From the NCBI GenBank assembly GCA_963765205.1, contig CAVXVB010000007.1, forward strand, positions 160,001 through 224,000: a DNA stretch of 64,000 nt, in the 5' to 3' direction. Every line of letters starts with the position of its first letter. Positions within the stretch are counted from its first letter, which is position 1. Below the pieces are notes generated by a model. That model was not told the origin of the DNA. It did not search any database and saw only the letters and a program-made list of their open reading frames with translations. The DNA comes from an uncultured Verrucomicrobiae bacterium. Its GTDB lineage: Bacteria > Verrucomicrobiota > Verrucomicrobiia > Opitutales > JABDGR01. Positions 9,308 through 19,569 of this stretch are shown in pieces. Position numbers and translations under genes: made by a program.

Positions 9308-10150
9308 ATGCAAACCATCCCGAGCATCCCCGAGATGCAGTCGCTGGCGATTTCCCTGCGCACGCATGGCAAATTGATCGGCCTGGTGCCGACCATGGGC
9401 GCGCTGCACGAGGGCCACCTGCGCCTCATTGACGCCGCCAAGCAAAAGGCCGACGTCGTGATCGTTTCCATTTTTGTCAATCCGACGCAATTCGGCCCGA
9501 ACGAGGACTTCGCCAAATACCCGCGCACGCTCGAAGCCGACCTCGCCGCCTGCGAAAAGCGCGGCGCCGACATCGTTTTCGCCCCGAAAATGCCCGACAT
9601 CTACCCGCCCGGCTACTCGACTTACGTCAGCGAAGAACGCATCAGCAAAGGCCTCTGCGGCATCTCGCGCCCCGGCCATTTCCGCGGCGTCTGCACGGTC
9701 GTCAACCTTCTCTTCAACATCACCCGGCCCGACTTCGCCGTCTTCGGCCAGAAGGACGCCCAGCAGGTCGCCACGATCAAGAAAATGGTCGCCGACCTTT
9801 GGCTCCCCGTTGAGGTCGTCGTCGCCCCCACGCTGCGCGAGCCGGACGGCCTGGCCATGTCCTCGCGCAACCAATATCTCAGCGAGGAACAACGCGGGGA
9901 GGCGGCGAAAATCTACCGCGCCCTGCGCGAAGGCAAGCGCCTCGTGGACGAAGGCATCCGCTCGCCCGACCGCGTGCTTGCGGAAGTCACCCATGTGCTC
10001 GCCCAAAGCCGGCGCATCCGCGTCATCTATGTAGCGCTGGTGGACCGCGAGTCCTTCATCCCCGTCCGCGAAGTCGTCCCCGGCAAAGGCCTCATCGCCG
10101 TCGCCGTCTGGGTCAATGACATCCGGTTGATTGATAATTTGGAGGTGTAG
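9308..10150 (+). CDS. panC: Pantoate-beta-alanine ligase
   Basis: VPTMGALHEGH, SIFVNPTQF, RPGHFRGV, FGQKDAQQ, REPDGLAMSSRN and RLIDN motifs. Confidence 0.97.
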   Translation: MQTIPSIPEMQSLAISLRTHGKLIGLVPTMGALHEGHLRLIDAAKQKADVVIVSIFVNPTQFGPNEDFAKYPRTLEADLAACEKRGADIVFAPKMPDIYPPGYSTYVSEERISKGLCGISRPGHFRGVCTVVNLLFNITRPDFAVFGQKDAQQVATIKKMVADLWLPVEVVVAPTLREPDGLAMSSRNQYLSEEQRGEAAKIYRALREGKRLVDEGIRSPDRVLAEVTHVLAQSRRIRVIYVALVDRESFIPVREVVPGKGLIAVAVWVNDIRLIDNLEV

Positions 10151-10170
10151 ATTGTGTTTTAACGTTGATT

Positions 10171-10253
10171 TTCACCGCCAAGGCGCGAAGAGCGCCAAGG
10201 TTAAATCCCGTCAAAAAAATCCTTCTTTGCGTTCTTTGCGCCTTCGCGGTGAA
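10171..10253. repeat. Intergenic inverted repeat with about 9-nt internal periodicity
   Basis: TTCACCGCCAAGGCGCGAAGAGCGCCAAG (10171-10199) matches the reverse complement of 10225-10253 with 4 mismatches in 29. It lies between panC and nadB. Confidence 0.75.
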
Positions 10254-10271
10254 CTCTCCGCATTGCCCCAC

Positions 10272-11891
10272 GTGTCCACCGCCACCATCCCCCCGCCCAC
10301 CGACTACGATGTGCTCGTCGTGGGCAGCGGCATCGCGGGGCTGAGCTTCGCGCTCAAGCTCGCGGCGCAGGGGCGGCGCGTCGCCATCCTGACCAAGAAA
10401 GATCGCGCGGAGTCGAATACGAATTATGCCCAGGGCGGGATTGCGGCCGTCACTTCGCGCACGGATGATTTCAATTCGCATGTGCGCGACACGCTCGAAT
10501 GTGGCGACGGCCTCTGCCGTGAGGACGTCGTGCGCGCCATTGTCGAGGACGCCCCGCCGCGCATCCACGAACTCGCCGAGATGGGCGTGGCCTTCACCAC
10601 CCAGGCCGGCGGCGGCTACGCCCTCGGCAAGGAAGGAGGGCACTCGGCGCGCCGCATCCTGCACGTCAAGGACGTGACGGGCCGCGCCATCGAGGAGGCC
10701 CTGCTCCACGCCACGGCTACGTCGCCTAACATCACCACGCTCGAACATTTCTTTGCGATTGACCTCATTACGCGCGGCAAACTCGCGCGCGGCCATGCCG
10801 CTGCGCCCGACGAGGTGCTCGGCCTCTACGCGCTTGATGTGCGCGCGGGCCGCGTCCTCACGTTTCGCGCGCCCGCCGTCCTGCTCGCCACCGGCGGCGT
10901 CGGCCAGGTTTATCAATTCAGCACCAACCCCGACATCGCCACCGGCGACGGTCTCGCCATGGCCTACCGCGCGGGCGTCGCGGTGGCCGACTTGGAATTC
11001 ATCCAGTTCCATCCGACGGCGCTCTACACGACCAGTCATGAACGCTTCCTGATTTCGGAGGCCGTGCGCGGCGAAGGGGCCGTCCTGCGCAACGCCGCCG
11101 GCGCGGCCTTCATGAAAAATTACCATCCGCGCGCCGACCTCGCCCCGCGCGACATCGTCGCCCGCGCGATTGACGCCGAGATGAAGCGCTCCGGCGCGCG
11201 CCACGTCTGGCTCGATCTGACCCACTTCGCGCCCGGCGTGGCCCGCGAACATTTTCCCAATATCGTCGCCACTTGTGCGCGCCACGGCATTGACGTCGAA
11301 AAGCAAATGATCCCGGTCGTGCCCGCCGCGCATTACCTGTGTGGCGGCGTGCCAACGAACCTCCGCGCGGAAACCAGCCTGCCGGGCCTCTACGCCTGCG
11401 GCGAAGTCGCCTGCACGGGCCTGCACGGGGCGAACCGCCTCGCGAGTAATTCGCTCCTCGAAGCCGTCGTCCTCGCCCATCGGGGCGCGCTGGCCGTCGC
11501 GGATTATCTCGCGGCGCATCACGCCAGCAACCTCGCCCTGCCGGACTGGGTGGACGGCTCCGCGCAGGACCCGGACGAGCGCGTCGTTCTCACCCACAAT
11601 TCCGCCGAACTCAAGCAGGCAATGTGGGATTATGTCGGCATCGTCCGCACCACGAAACGGCTGCAACGCGCGCGGACGCGTCTTGAAGTCCTCGCGCGCG
11701 AAGTGGACGAATACTACTGGAATTTCAAAGTCGAGCCACGGCTGCTGGAGCTGCGCAACCTCGTCCTCGTCGCCAGCCTGATCGTCGAATGCGCGCTTCA
11801 GCGCAAGGAAAGCCGCGGCCTGCATTACATCCTGGACTACCCCGATAAATTGCCCGAAGCCCGGGACACGGTGGTGCGGAAAGCGAGTTGA
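10272..11891 (+). CDS. nadB: L-aspartate oxidase
   Basis: DVLVVGSGIAG, YAQGGIA, EGGHSARRI, FIQFHPT, LISEAVRGEG, HYLCGG, GLHGANRLASNSLLE and ESRGLH motifs. The GTG start at 10272 is inferred. Confidence 0.95.
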   Translation: MSTATIPPPTDYDVLVVGSGIAGLSFALKLAAQGRRVAILTKKDRAESNTNYAQGGIAAVTSRTDDFNSHVRDTLECGDGLCREDVVRAIVEDAPPRIHELAEMGVAFTTQAGGGYALGKEGGHSARRILHVKDVTGRAIEEALLHATATSPNITTLEHFFAIDLITRGKLARGHAAAPDEVLGLYALDVRAGRVLTFRAPAVLLATGGVGQVYQFSTNPDIATGDGLAMAYRAGVAVADLEFIQFHPTALYTTSHERFLISEAVRGEGAVLRNAAGAAFMKNYHPRADLAPRDIVARAIDAEMKRSGARHVWLDLTHFAPGVAREHFPNIVATCARHGIDVEKQMIPVVPAAHYLCGGVPTNLRAETSLPGLYACGEVACTGLHGANRLASNSLLEAVVLAHRGALAVADYLAAHHASNLALPDWVDGSAQDPDERVVLTHNSAELKQAMWDYVGIVRTTKRLQRARTRLEVLAREVDEYYWNFKVEPRLLELRNLVLVASLIVECALQRKESRGLHYILDYPDKLPEARDTVVRKAS

Positions 11892-12049
11892 GCTGGGGGG
11901 GCCGCCAGACCCGTCGCCGGGGCCGGAGATTCCGTGACAGGTTTTTAACCATCCGAGCCTTGCCTTTGCCGGGGCTTTGCGGCAAGAGGCAATGCCCCCC
12001 GCTCCGTTCGCGGGGGCACCGCCCTTCGATTCACTCGCCTGCTGCGCCC

Positions 12050-13794
12050 ATGAAATTTACGCTTCCCACCCCGACCGCCGGCGGACCAGGTTTAGCTGGG
12101 TGGACTTGGTCGTGCTGCTGGGTCTGTTCGGGTTGGGCTGGAGCGTTTTGCATTTCGGCCGGGGGATGCTGGTGCATTTCGATGAGAAGAGCATGCCGCC
12201 GCTGTCCATGGACTTGTGGAACATCCCCTATTACGCGGGGCGGACAATGCTGCGAATGTGGATCGCCTTTGGATTTTCGATGGTGTTCACGCTGATTACC
12301 GGCTACGCGGCGGCGAAGAACCGGATCGCCCGCGCGCTGATCCTGCCCGCGATGGATATTTTGCAGTCGGTCCCGGTGCTGGGATTTCTCTCGGCGACGG
12401 TGACCGGCTTCATGGCGTTGTTCCCGGGGAGCCTGATGGGGGTCGAATGCGCGAGCATTTTCGCGATTTTCACGGGGCAGGTTTGGAACATGGCGTTTGG
12501 TTTTTACCATTCGATGATCACGGTGCCGACGGACTTGCAGGAGGCGGCGACGACTTACGGCCTCAACCGCTGGCAGCGGTTCACGACGGTCGAGGTGCCG
12601 GCGGCGATGCACAGCTTGATTTGGAATTCGATGATGTCGTTCGCGGGCGGGTGGTTTTTCGTGGCCGCCAGCGAAGCCATCAGCGTCTATAACAAGAACA
12701 TCCGGCTGCCCGGCTTGGGCTCGTATATGCAGTCGGCGGTGGATCAGGGCAACAACGCGGCGGCCTTTTGGGCCATCATCGCGATGCTGGTGTTGATCCT
12801 CGGCAGCGACCAGCTCATCTGGCGGCCGCTGCTGGCGTGGGCGGACAAGTTCAAGATCGAGATGACGGAATCGGGCGAGGCGCCGCATTCCTGGATGTTT
12901 GACCTGCTGCGGGCGACGCAGGTGTTTACATGGGCGCGCGGACGGATCTGGGCGCCGTTTTCCGAATGGCTGCGGAACGTGACAGTGCGGGTGTCCGCAG
13001 TGTCGGGCAAAGTGGTCCGGGCGCGGCCCAGTTGGGCGAAGGTGGCGATCCGCGCGGCGGGCTGGCTGGTGGCGGCGTGGCTGGTCTATCAAATGGCCCA
13101 GGGCATTTGGGCGGGGGCGACTACGGTGCGGGACAACGTGAAGCCGACGGACTTCGCGCACATGGGCTGGCTGGGCCTGCTGACGCTGCTGCGGGTGGCC
13201 GCGGTGACCATCCTGGCCACGATTATCTGGACGCCGGTCGGGGTGTGGATGGGTTTTCATCCGAAGGTGGCGCGGTTCACGCAGCCGCTGGCGCAGATTG
13301 CGGCCTCGTTTCCGGTGAACATGACGTTTCCGTTCGTGGTCGGGTTTTACGTGGCCTGGCATGTTTCCATGAACTGGGGGAGCATCCTGCTGATTGCCAT
13401 GGGCACGCAGTGGTATATTTTATTTAATGTCATCGCGGGGGCCATGGCGATCCCGACCGACTTGAAGGAAGCCGCGCAAATCTACGGCCTGGCGGGCTGG
13501 CCGCGCTGGCGGCTGCTGATTCTGCCGTCCATTTTTCCCTTCTGGGTCACCGGGGCCTGCACGGCGGCGGGCGGGGCGTGGAACGCGAGCATCGTGGCGG
13601 AACTGGCGACCTGGGGCAACACCACCCTCAAGGCCGACGGCCTGGGTGCGTTCATCTCCGACGTGACGACCTCCGGGAACACCCCGCTGATCATTTGCAG
13701 CATTTGCATGATGTCGCTTTTTGTCGTGGTCACCAACAAGCTGCTGTGGAGGCGGCTTTACGACCTCGCGGAACGGCGCTACCGTTTGGATTGA
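12050..13794 (+). CDS. NitT/TauT-family ABC transporter permease (two BPD_transp_1 domains)
   Basis: DILQSVPVLGFL, GQVWNM, two EAA loops and GGAWNASIVAE. The ORF track starts at 11977, but the likely start is ATG 12050, which is out of frame by one base at the C4 run 12069-12072 (restored sequence MKFTLPTPDRRRTRFSW). Confidence 0.88.
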
Positions 13795-13803
13795 TTTTTT
13801 CCC

Positions 13804-15153
13804 ATGAGCCAAGATCCCACCGCGAACGGCCCGACCGGGCTGGAACCCATTGCCGAGCTGCGCCAGGTTTCCAAAAGCTTCTCCCTCGAGGGCGGGCACG
13901 AATACACCGTGCTGGACCAGATTGACCTGGCGGTGCGCGAGGGCGAGCTGCTGGCGCTGCTCGGTCAGTCGGGGTCCGGCAAATCCACCATCCTGCGCTG
14001 CCTGACCGGCCTGGCCCAGCCGACGCGCGGACAGGTCTTGTGTTACGGGCAGCCGCTGCAGGGCATCAACCCCTACGCGTCCATCGTGTTTCAAACTTTT
14101 GCGCTGTATCCCTGGCTGACGGTCGAGCAGAACGTCGCGGTGGGGTTGACGGCGAAGCGGATGACGCACGCGGACAAGGACGCGGCCGTCGAGAAGGCGA
14201 TTGACCTGATCGGGCTGCGCAATTTCCGGGCGGCCTACCCGCGCGAGCTGTCGGGGGGGATGCGCCAGCGGGTGGGCATGGCGCGCGCCCTGGTGGCCGA
14301 CCCGCGGCTGCTGTGCCTGGACGAGGCGTTTTCGGCGCTCGACGTGCTGACGGCGGAAAGCCTGCGGCAGGAAGTCATCGCCCTATGGCGCGACAAGGCC
14401 ACGCCGCTGCGGAGCATTTTCATGGTGACGCACAACATCGAGGAGGCGGTCGAGATGGCCACGCGCATCTGCATTTTGTTTCCGCGCCCGGGCCGGCTGG
14501 GGTTGGTGCTGGAAAACCATCTGCCTTACCCGCGCGACACCAAATCACCGGAATTCCAGACCTTGGTCACCACGATTCACGAGACGATCACCAAGCTGAC
14601 CCTGCCGGACCATCCGCCCGAACCGCCGCCGCAACCCGGCCAGCCGATCTCGCGGGCGAAGACGCGGATGGAGTCCATCCCCTGCGTGCCGGTGGGCCAG
14701 ATCATCGGTCTGATCCGCATTTTGCACACCACCCCGGATCTGCCGAACATCTACGACATCTCGGGGGAGATCGGCAAAGGCTTTGGCGAGACCATTTCCG
14801 TGGTCAAGGCCGCGGAAATTTTGGAATTGGTGGACACGCCGAAGAACGAGGTGTTTTTGACGGCGCTCGGGCGGGCCTTTCACGAAGCCGGCCGCGAAGA
14901 CCGGAAAAAGATGTTCGCCGACCAGCTCCACAAACTGCGGCTCTTCCACATCATTCTGGCCTACCTGAAGGAGAACGGGGAGGTGGACGCGGACATCGTG
15001 CTCAAGGACATCGCCAAGGCGCTGCCCTTTGACAATCCGGAACAAATCCTCGAAACCATGATCGCCTGGGGCCGCTACGCCGGCATCATGGATTACAGCA
15101 CCGACACCAAGAAAGTGTTCATCCCGAAGCCGGAGGAAGAACCGGCCGGGTAG
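13804..15153 (+). CDS. NitT/TauT-family ABC transporter ATP-binding protein with C-terminal AAA-associated domain
   Basis: Walker A GQSGSGKS, LSGGMRQRV, LCLDEAFSALD, VTHNIEEA and a C-terminal ...WGRYA extension. Confidence 0.92.
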   Translation: MSQDPTANGPTGLEPIAELRQVSKSFSLEGGHEYTVLDQIDLAVREGELLALLGQSGSGKSTILRCLTGLAQPTRGQVLCYGQPLQGINPYASIVFQTFALYPWLTVEQNVAVGLTAKRMTHADKDAAVEKAIDLIGLRNFRAAYPRELSGGMRQRVGMARALVADPRLLCLDEAFSALDVLTAESLRQEVIALWRDKATPLRSIFMVTHNIEEAVEMATRICILFPRPGRLGLVLENHLPYPRDTKSPEFQTLVTTIHETITKLTLPDHPPEPPPQPGQPISRAKTRMESIPCVPVGQIIGLIRILHTTPDLPNIYDISGEIGKGFGETISVVKAAEILELVDTPKNEVFLTALGRAFHEAGREDRKKMFADQLHKLRLFHIILAYLKENGEVDADIVLKDIAKALPFDNPEQILETMIAWGRYAGIMDYSTDTKKVFIPKPEEEPAG

Positions 15154-15338
15154 GCGGGTGCGGGTGGCGCGGGATTTTATTTTACCCAACAACGCAGTAT
15201 TTTGCTGCGGCTCTGGATGAAACGGGGCGGCAAAAAATGCGCGTGCGATGTAATTCAGGCTTGTGCTTCGCGTGAAGTGCGTTAACCTCGCCCTTGTGGC
15301 GGCTCTGCGCGCTGCAGGACGCCGTCCGTATTTGCTCC

Positions 15339-16934
15339 ATGCTTTCCGTTGACGACTCCCACCCTGTTCCTGCCACCCGCCTGGCCGTTCCCAAATGGCC
15401 GTTTTTCGTCGCCGACGCGACTTTGCTGGCCGTCGCACTCGGGGTGTGGATGACCGGCGGCGCGGTGGGTGTGCTGCCCCAGTTGTTTTGCCTCGGCTCG
15501 GTCGCGCTCGGCGCGGTGATCATGGTGACGCCTTTCGCGCTCGAAGCTTTTCCCCCGGGCAGTTGGCGGATTTTGGCCGGTGGCGGCGCGGGCGGTGGTT
15601 CTGCAGTTGGCGCGGAAGGCGAATGGCGCCGCCAGGCCCAGGCGGCGGCGGAGGCCGTCGAGCACGCCGCGCGAGCCAATGCGGCGCTGGAAAATTCCGC
15701 CCGCCGCTTTGACGCCCGGTTTGCGCCGTTGATGGAAGTCCACAAGGGCCTCGAGGCGGCGGTGGCCGAATTGCGCGAGGCAACGGCCGCCCGCGCCGCG
15801 GCGGTCGCCGACGAGGCGCAGGCCACCACGCGGGAATTCGAACGCCTCCGGAAGGACCAGGCGGAAAAATTTAAAACCACCGAGTCTAAAATCACCGCGC
15901 TGGAAGACACCCTCGGCCTCCTTGCCGCGCATATCCGGCCTCTTTCCGCCCCGTCCCCGTCCGCTCCGGTGGCGTCAGTCCCCGTGTCAGCGCCCGCGCG
16001 CGTGCGCGAGGTCGCGCGGGTTGAGGAACCAGTGCCTGTGCCGGCCGAGGCACCGGTTTTGGTCGCCGCCGGCGGCGCGGCGATGGAATCCAGCGAGCCG
16101 GCCTATCTCGGCTCGGTCGCGGCATTTGCGCCCGCTCCCGTGGAGGCGCCCACCCCCGTCGAAGAGCCGGCGGTGGAAAAAACACCGGAGGAGCAAACGA
16201 TGATGTCCCGGGCCTTGTCTCGCGCGCAATCGAGCAGCGAGACCCCGGCAGTGGCGGGCATCATCATGGCGCGCGCGCGCCGCCCGCGGAAATCCAAGCC
16301 GCCGATGCCGGTTGCCACCGCCGCCGCGCCAGCCGAAGCAGCTGTACCCGTCGAAGTGGAAACACCCGTCGAAGCTACCGCGAGCGTTGTGCTCGAAGCG
16401 CCAGTGGCGCCCGCCAAGGAAGTGTCCCCGGCCGAGGTTGTGGGCGAACCCGTCGAAGCTGAAACCAATTCGGAACTCCGCCGGGCGGCCCGCGCCAAGG
16501 CGCTGGCCTTGCGCGGGGCCGAAGACGAAGAGGCGAAGAAAAACACGCCGATTGTTTTCCCGCCGTCCCCGGCGGCGGAAAGCACGGTCGAAAACGGCCC
16601 GACGCAGGGCGAATTGCTCGCGCGCGAGGCCGACACCATCCGCCGCAAACGCGCCAGCCGCAGCCCGCTCAGCGCCTGCTCGCTGACGGCGAATGTGCTC
16701 ATCGGCATCGGCAACAAGCCTTTTGTGCGCGGCACCGGCCCCGGGCTTTCGCAGGACAAAGGGGTGCCAATGGAGTTTGTGGAAATTGGCCAGTGGCGCT
16801 GGGTCGCCCCCAGCGCGGGCAAGGAGCCCGTCACGATCCGCATTTTCAAGAACGACGAAATCGCCGCCACCGGCGAGGACATCGTGCTGCGCCCCGGCCA
16901 GACGATGGAGGTCAACCCGGTGTTTCCGGCGTGA
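15339..16934 (+). CDS. Hypothetical membrane-anchored protein: 2 TM, coiled coil, Pro/Ala/Glu-rich linker, small C-terminal beta domain
   Basis: PKWPFFVAD TM hairpin and C-terminal IGIGNKPFVRGTGPGLSQDKGVPMEFVEIGQWRW. The start codon is inferred. Confidence 0.75.
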   Translation: MLSVDDSHPVPATRLAVPKWPFFVADATLLAVALGVWMTGGAVGVLPQLFCLGSVALGAVIMVTPFALEAFPPGSWRILAGGGAGGGSAVGAEGEWRRQAQAAAEAVEHAARANAALENSARRFDARFAPLMEVHKGLEAAVAELREATAARAAAVADEAQATTREFERLRKDQAEKFKTTESKITALEDTLGLLAAHIRPLSAPSPSAPVASVPVSAPARVREVARVEEPVPVPAEAPVLVAAGGAAMESSEPAYLGSVAAFAPAPVEAPTPVEEPAVEKTPEEQTMMSRALSRAQSSSETPAVAGIIMARARRPRKSKPPMPVATAAAPAEAAVPVEVETPVEATASVVLEAPVAPAKEVSPAEVVGEPVEAETNSELRRAARAKALALRGAEDEEAKKNTPIVFPPSPAAESTVENGPTQGELLAREADTIRRKRASRSPLSACSLTANVLIGIGNKPFVRGTGPGLSQDKGVPMEFVEIGQWRWVAPSAGKEPVTIRIFKNDEIAATGEDIVLRPGQTMEVNPVFPA

Positions 16935-16940
16935 GGCCGG

Positions 16941-16975
16941 GAATTAAGAATTAAGAGTTAAGAATTAAGAAGTGA
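16941..16975 (+). repeat. Heptamer tandem repeat (AATTAAG)n
   Basis: GAATTAAGAATTAAGAGTTAAGAATTAAGAAGTGA between convergent stop codons. Confidence 0.8.
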
Positions 16976-16986
16976 GGGACCGCCCT

Positions 16987-18150
16987 TTACCCCTGCCGGT
17001 CATCCACCCGGGTGATGAACAAATCGTCGTCGCTGATCCAGGTTTCGCGGTCGCGGATGATGGCTTGCGGCGGGAGGGTGGGGGTGAGGGTGCCGATGCC
17101 GGGGAGGCGTTTCACCGCCGTGCCGATGGCCATGAATTCGATGAGGCCCTGGAATTCGTGGACGTGGGTGCGGATGCCGACGACGTCGTCCGCGCCGAGG
17201 GCTTCGGCCTCGCGCTTGAGGAGGCCGAGGGCGTGTTCGCGGGCGTCGTAGATGAGGGAGGTCAAGTCGCTGATTTCCCCGCGCGTGAAGGACTTGAGGG
17301 CGGCCATGAAGCCGCCGACCAGGCCGAGCGAATACACGGCGGTGCCCAGCACGAGCTTGAGCGGCGCGTAGCCCAGATTGGCAAGGTTCCACATTTCCTC
17401 GCAAGTCAGGTCGCTGGTGACGGGTTGGCCGTTCAGCAAATTCCCCGGCAGGGCGGGGTGGCGCGCGGCGGTGCCCATCATGAGCATCTCATGCACGCCT
17501 TGGAAGGGCATGATGCGCGTCTCGATGGCGAGGACGGCGTTCGCGCCGGCCGCCTGGGCCTCGCGCATGACGCGTTCGAGCGCCATGTGCCGCGTGGCGT
17601 TGAACACGTCGCTGTATTCGCGGATTTCCCCGCGCGCCATGCTCTTCAGTCCGCCCAGCAGCCCCCCGCCGACGCCGATGGCGTAGGCGATGTTGCCAAA
17701 GACGAATTTGACCGGCGTGTAGCCGGCATCCATCAGCAGGTAAAGTTCCTGGCCGTCGCAATCCGAGGTGAAGGACACTTGCTCGGGTGCGTCGCCGCTG
17801 CCGTGCAGACAGGAGCCGACGGACAGGAATTCGATGTTCCCGCGAAAATGTTTCAGTTCGCTGGTGACGCCCGCGATACCGACGCCGCCGCGGTCGGTGG
17901 CCTCCTTGGTCATGCGCACATAAGAGGCCTGCCGCCCCTCATGGATGATGTCGGTGATTTGCGTCACTTCGCCGCCGAAGACACTTTGCAGCCCCGCGCC
18001 CAGCCCGCCCAGAAAACCCATCGAGTGGACGCTGTTGCCGATGACGATGTCGCCCGGCGCCAAGCCCTTTTGGCGCAGGCAATACATTTCATTGCCGGAC
18101 AGGCCGGTGAGGACGGAGCGCAGTTGCGGGGGCTTGGAAGAGGAAGGCAT
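16987..18150 (-). CDS. YbjQ/UPF0145-like (putative heavy-metal-binding) protein with three tandem domains
   Basis: Three repeats of the form (T/S)xL(S/T)..E.....G..P...V.G...GE.......R..A...GA..V.G...G(T/S)A. Confidence 0.8.
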   Translation of the reverse strand: MPSSSKPPQLRSVLTGLSGNEMYCLRQKGLAPGDIVIGNSVHSMGFLGGLGAGLQSVFGGEVTQITDIIHEGRQASYVRMTKEATDRGGVGIAGVTSELKHFRGNIEFLSVGSCLHGSGDAPEQVSFTSDCDGQELYLLMDAGYTPVKFVFGNIAYAIGVGGGLLGGLKSMARGEIREYSDVFNATRHMALERVMREAQAAGANAVLAIETRIMPFQGVHEMLMMGTAARHPALPGNLLNGQPVTSDLTCEEMWNLANLGYAPLKLVLGTAVYSLGLVGGFMAALKSFTRGEISDLTSLIYDAREHALGLLKREAEALGADDVVGIRTHVHEFQGLIEFMAIGTAVKRLPGIGTLTPTLPPQAIIRDRETWISDDDLFITRVDDRQG

Positions 18151-18159
18151 GGGAGGGGG

Positions 18160-18187
18160 GAATTAGGAATTAAGAATTAAGAAGTGA
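18160..18187 (+). repeat. Heptamer tandem repeat (AATTAAG)n, read as (CTTAATT)n in the leader of the minus-strand gene
   Basis: GAATTAGGAATTAAGAATTAAGAAGTGA. Further degenerate (TCAGAAA)-type heptamers lie at about 18230-18335. Confidence 0.75.
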
Positions 18188-18417
18188 AGAGGGGGGAGGA
18201 GGGCGAAGGGGGGAGGAAAGTCGCAAATTTCAAAAACCCGAAGTCAGAAACCCGAAGTCAGAAATTGGAGATCAGGATTCAGAAATCGGGGTTCGATATT
18301 TAGAGATCAGCAATCAAGAAAGATTCAGAAATCAAAAGGGTAGCGCAACACTTCTTCGATTTCCCAACCGTGGGAAGTGGGTTGTCATCCCCGCCGTTTC
18401 ATGCTATTATGTTCACT

Positions 18418-19569
18418 ATGTCCTCCCATCCTGCTAATTCTTCCCCAATTTCCCATCTTTCCCATGCCCCCCGTTCCCCGGCCCCGCTACCCCCGGCCGC
18501 CTTGGCCCGTGGGCGCGGGGCGCAGGAGAATCCACGGAATCGTTTCGAGCAGGCCGTCGCCGTGTCCGACTGGGAGCAGTTGCCCGCCGAAGAATTGGTG
18601 GAAGCCCGCCGCGCCGACACCGTCTTCATTCCCGACCAGGCCCAGACCATCATCAGCCACAACGACAGCCCCGACCTGCCTTTCCGCAAGAGCATCAACC
18701 CCTACCGGGGCTGCGAACACGGCTGCATCTATTGCTATGCCCGCCCAACCCACGAATACCTCGGTTTCAGCGCCGGGCTGGATTTCGAGACCAAGATCAT
18801 GGTCAAGCACGCCGCGCCGGAATTGCTCGAGGCCGCGCTCAGCCATCCGCGGTGGGATCCGACGTGGGTGAACATGAGCGGGGTGACGGATTGCTACCAG
18901 CCGGCCGAGCGCCGTTTCGCGCTGACCCGGCGCTGTCTGGCCGTGCTCGCGCGCTTCCGCAACCCCGTCACCATCGTCACCAAAAACGCCCTGGTGACGC
19001 GCGACCTCGATCTGCTGGCCGAGATGGCGCACTGGCGCGGCGCGGCGGTGCTCGTCTCGCTCACCTCGCTCGATCCTGATTTGGCCCGGCGGATGGAGCC
19101 GCGCACGGTGTCGCCCCGGCAACGGCTGGACACCGTGGCGCGCCTGGCGGCGGCGGGGGTGCCGGTCGGCGTGAATCTCGCGCCGATGATCCCGGGCTTG
19201 AACGACACCGAGATGCCCGCGCTCATCCAGGCCGCCGCCCAAGCCGGCGCCAGTTTCGCGCATTACCAGGCCCTGCGCCTGCCTTACGCGGTCAAGGACT
19301 TGTTCACGGCCTGGCTGGACCGCGAATTTCCCGGCCAGAAGGCCCGCATTTTGCAGCGGCTCGGCGACTTGCGCGGCGGCGCGGGGCGGTTGAACGACGC
19401 CCGCTTCGGCACCCGCATGACGGGCGAGGGAATTTGGACCGAAACCTGGGCCGGGCTGTTCGCGCTGGCGTGTCGGAAGGCGGGGCTGGAGCCGCGCGCG
19501 CTCGAATTGAACCCGGGGGCATTCCGCCGCCCGGGCCCGCGCCAAGGCACCCTGCCCGGGCTGGAATGA
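18418..19569 (+). CDS. PA0069-family radical SAM protein (spore photoproduct lyase-related)
   Basis: GRGA..NP.NRF, SINPYRGCEHGCIYCYARPTHEYLG.SAGLDFETKI, TDCYQP.E and P.IPGLND motifs. The start codon is inferred. Confidence 0.92.
   Translation: MSSHPANSSPISHLSHAPRSPAPLPPAALARGRGAQENPRNRFEQAVAVSDWEQLPAEELVEARRADTVFIPDQAQTIISHNDSPDLPFRKSINPYRGCEHGCIYCYARPTHEYLGFSAGLDFETKIMVKHAAPELLEAALSHPRWDPTWVNMSGVTDCYQPAERRFALTRRCLAVLARFRNPVTIVTKNALVTRDLDLLAEMAHWRGAAVLVSLTSLDPDLARRMEPRTVSPRQRLDTVARLAAAGVPVGVNLAPMIPGLNDTEMPALIQAAAQAGASFAHYQALRLPYAVKDLFTAWLDREFPGQKARILQRLGDLRGGAGRLNDARFGTRMTGEGIWTETWAGLFALACRKAGLEPRALELNPGAFRRPGPRQGTLPGLE

Noticed and set aside
18405..18425. LexA box (TGTTC-N4-GAACA type) upstream of the radical SAM gene
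   Set aside because: Only the TGTTC half-site is present; the second half does not match.
33..19545. Long overlapping alternative ORFs (e.g. 33-1265 minus, 1817-3064 plus, 10113-11825 minus, 16972-18180 plus)
   Set aside because: They overlap genes with clear family motifs and are typical high-GC shadow ORFs.
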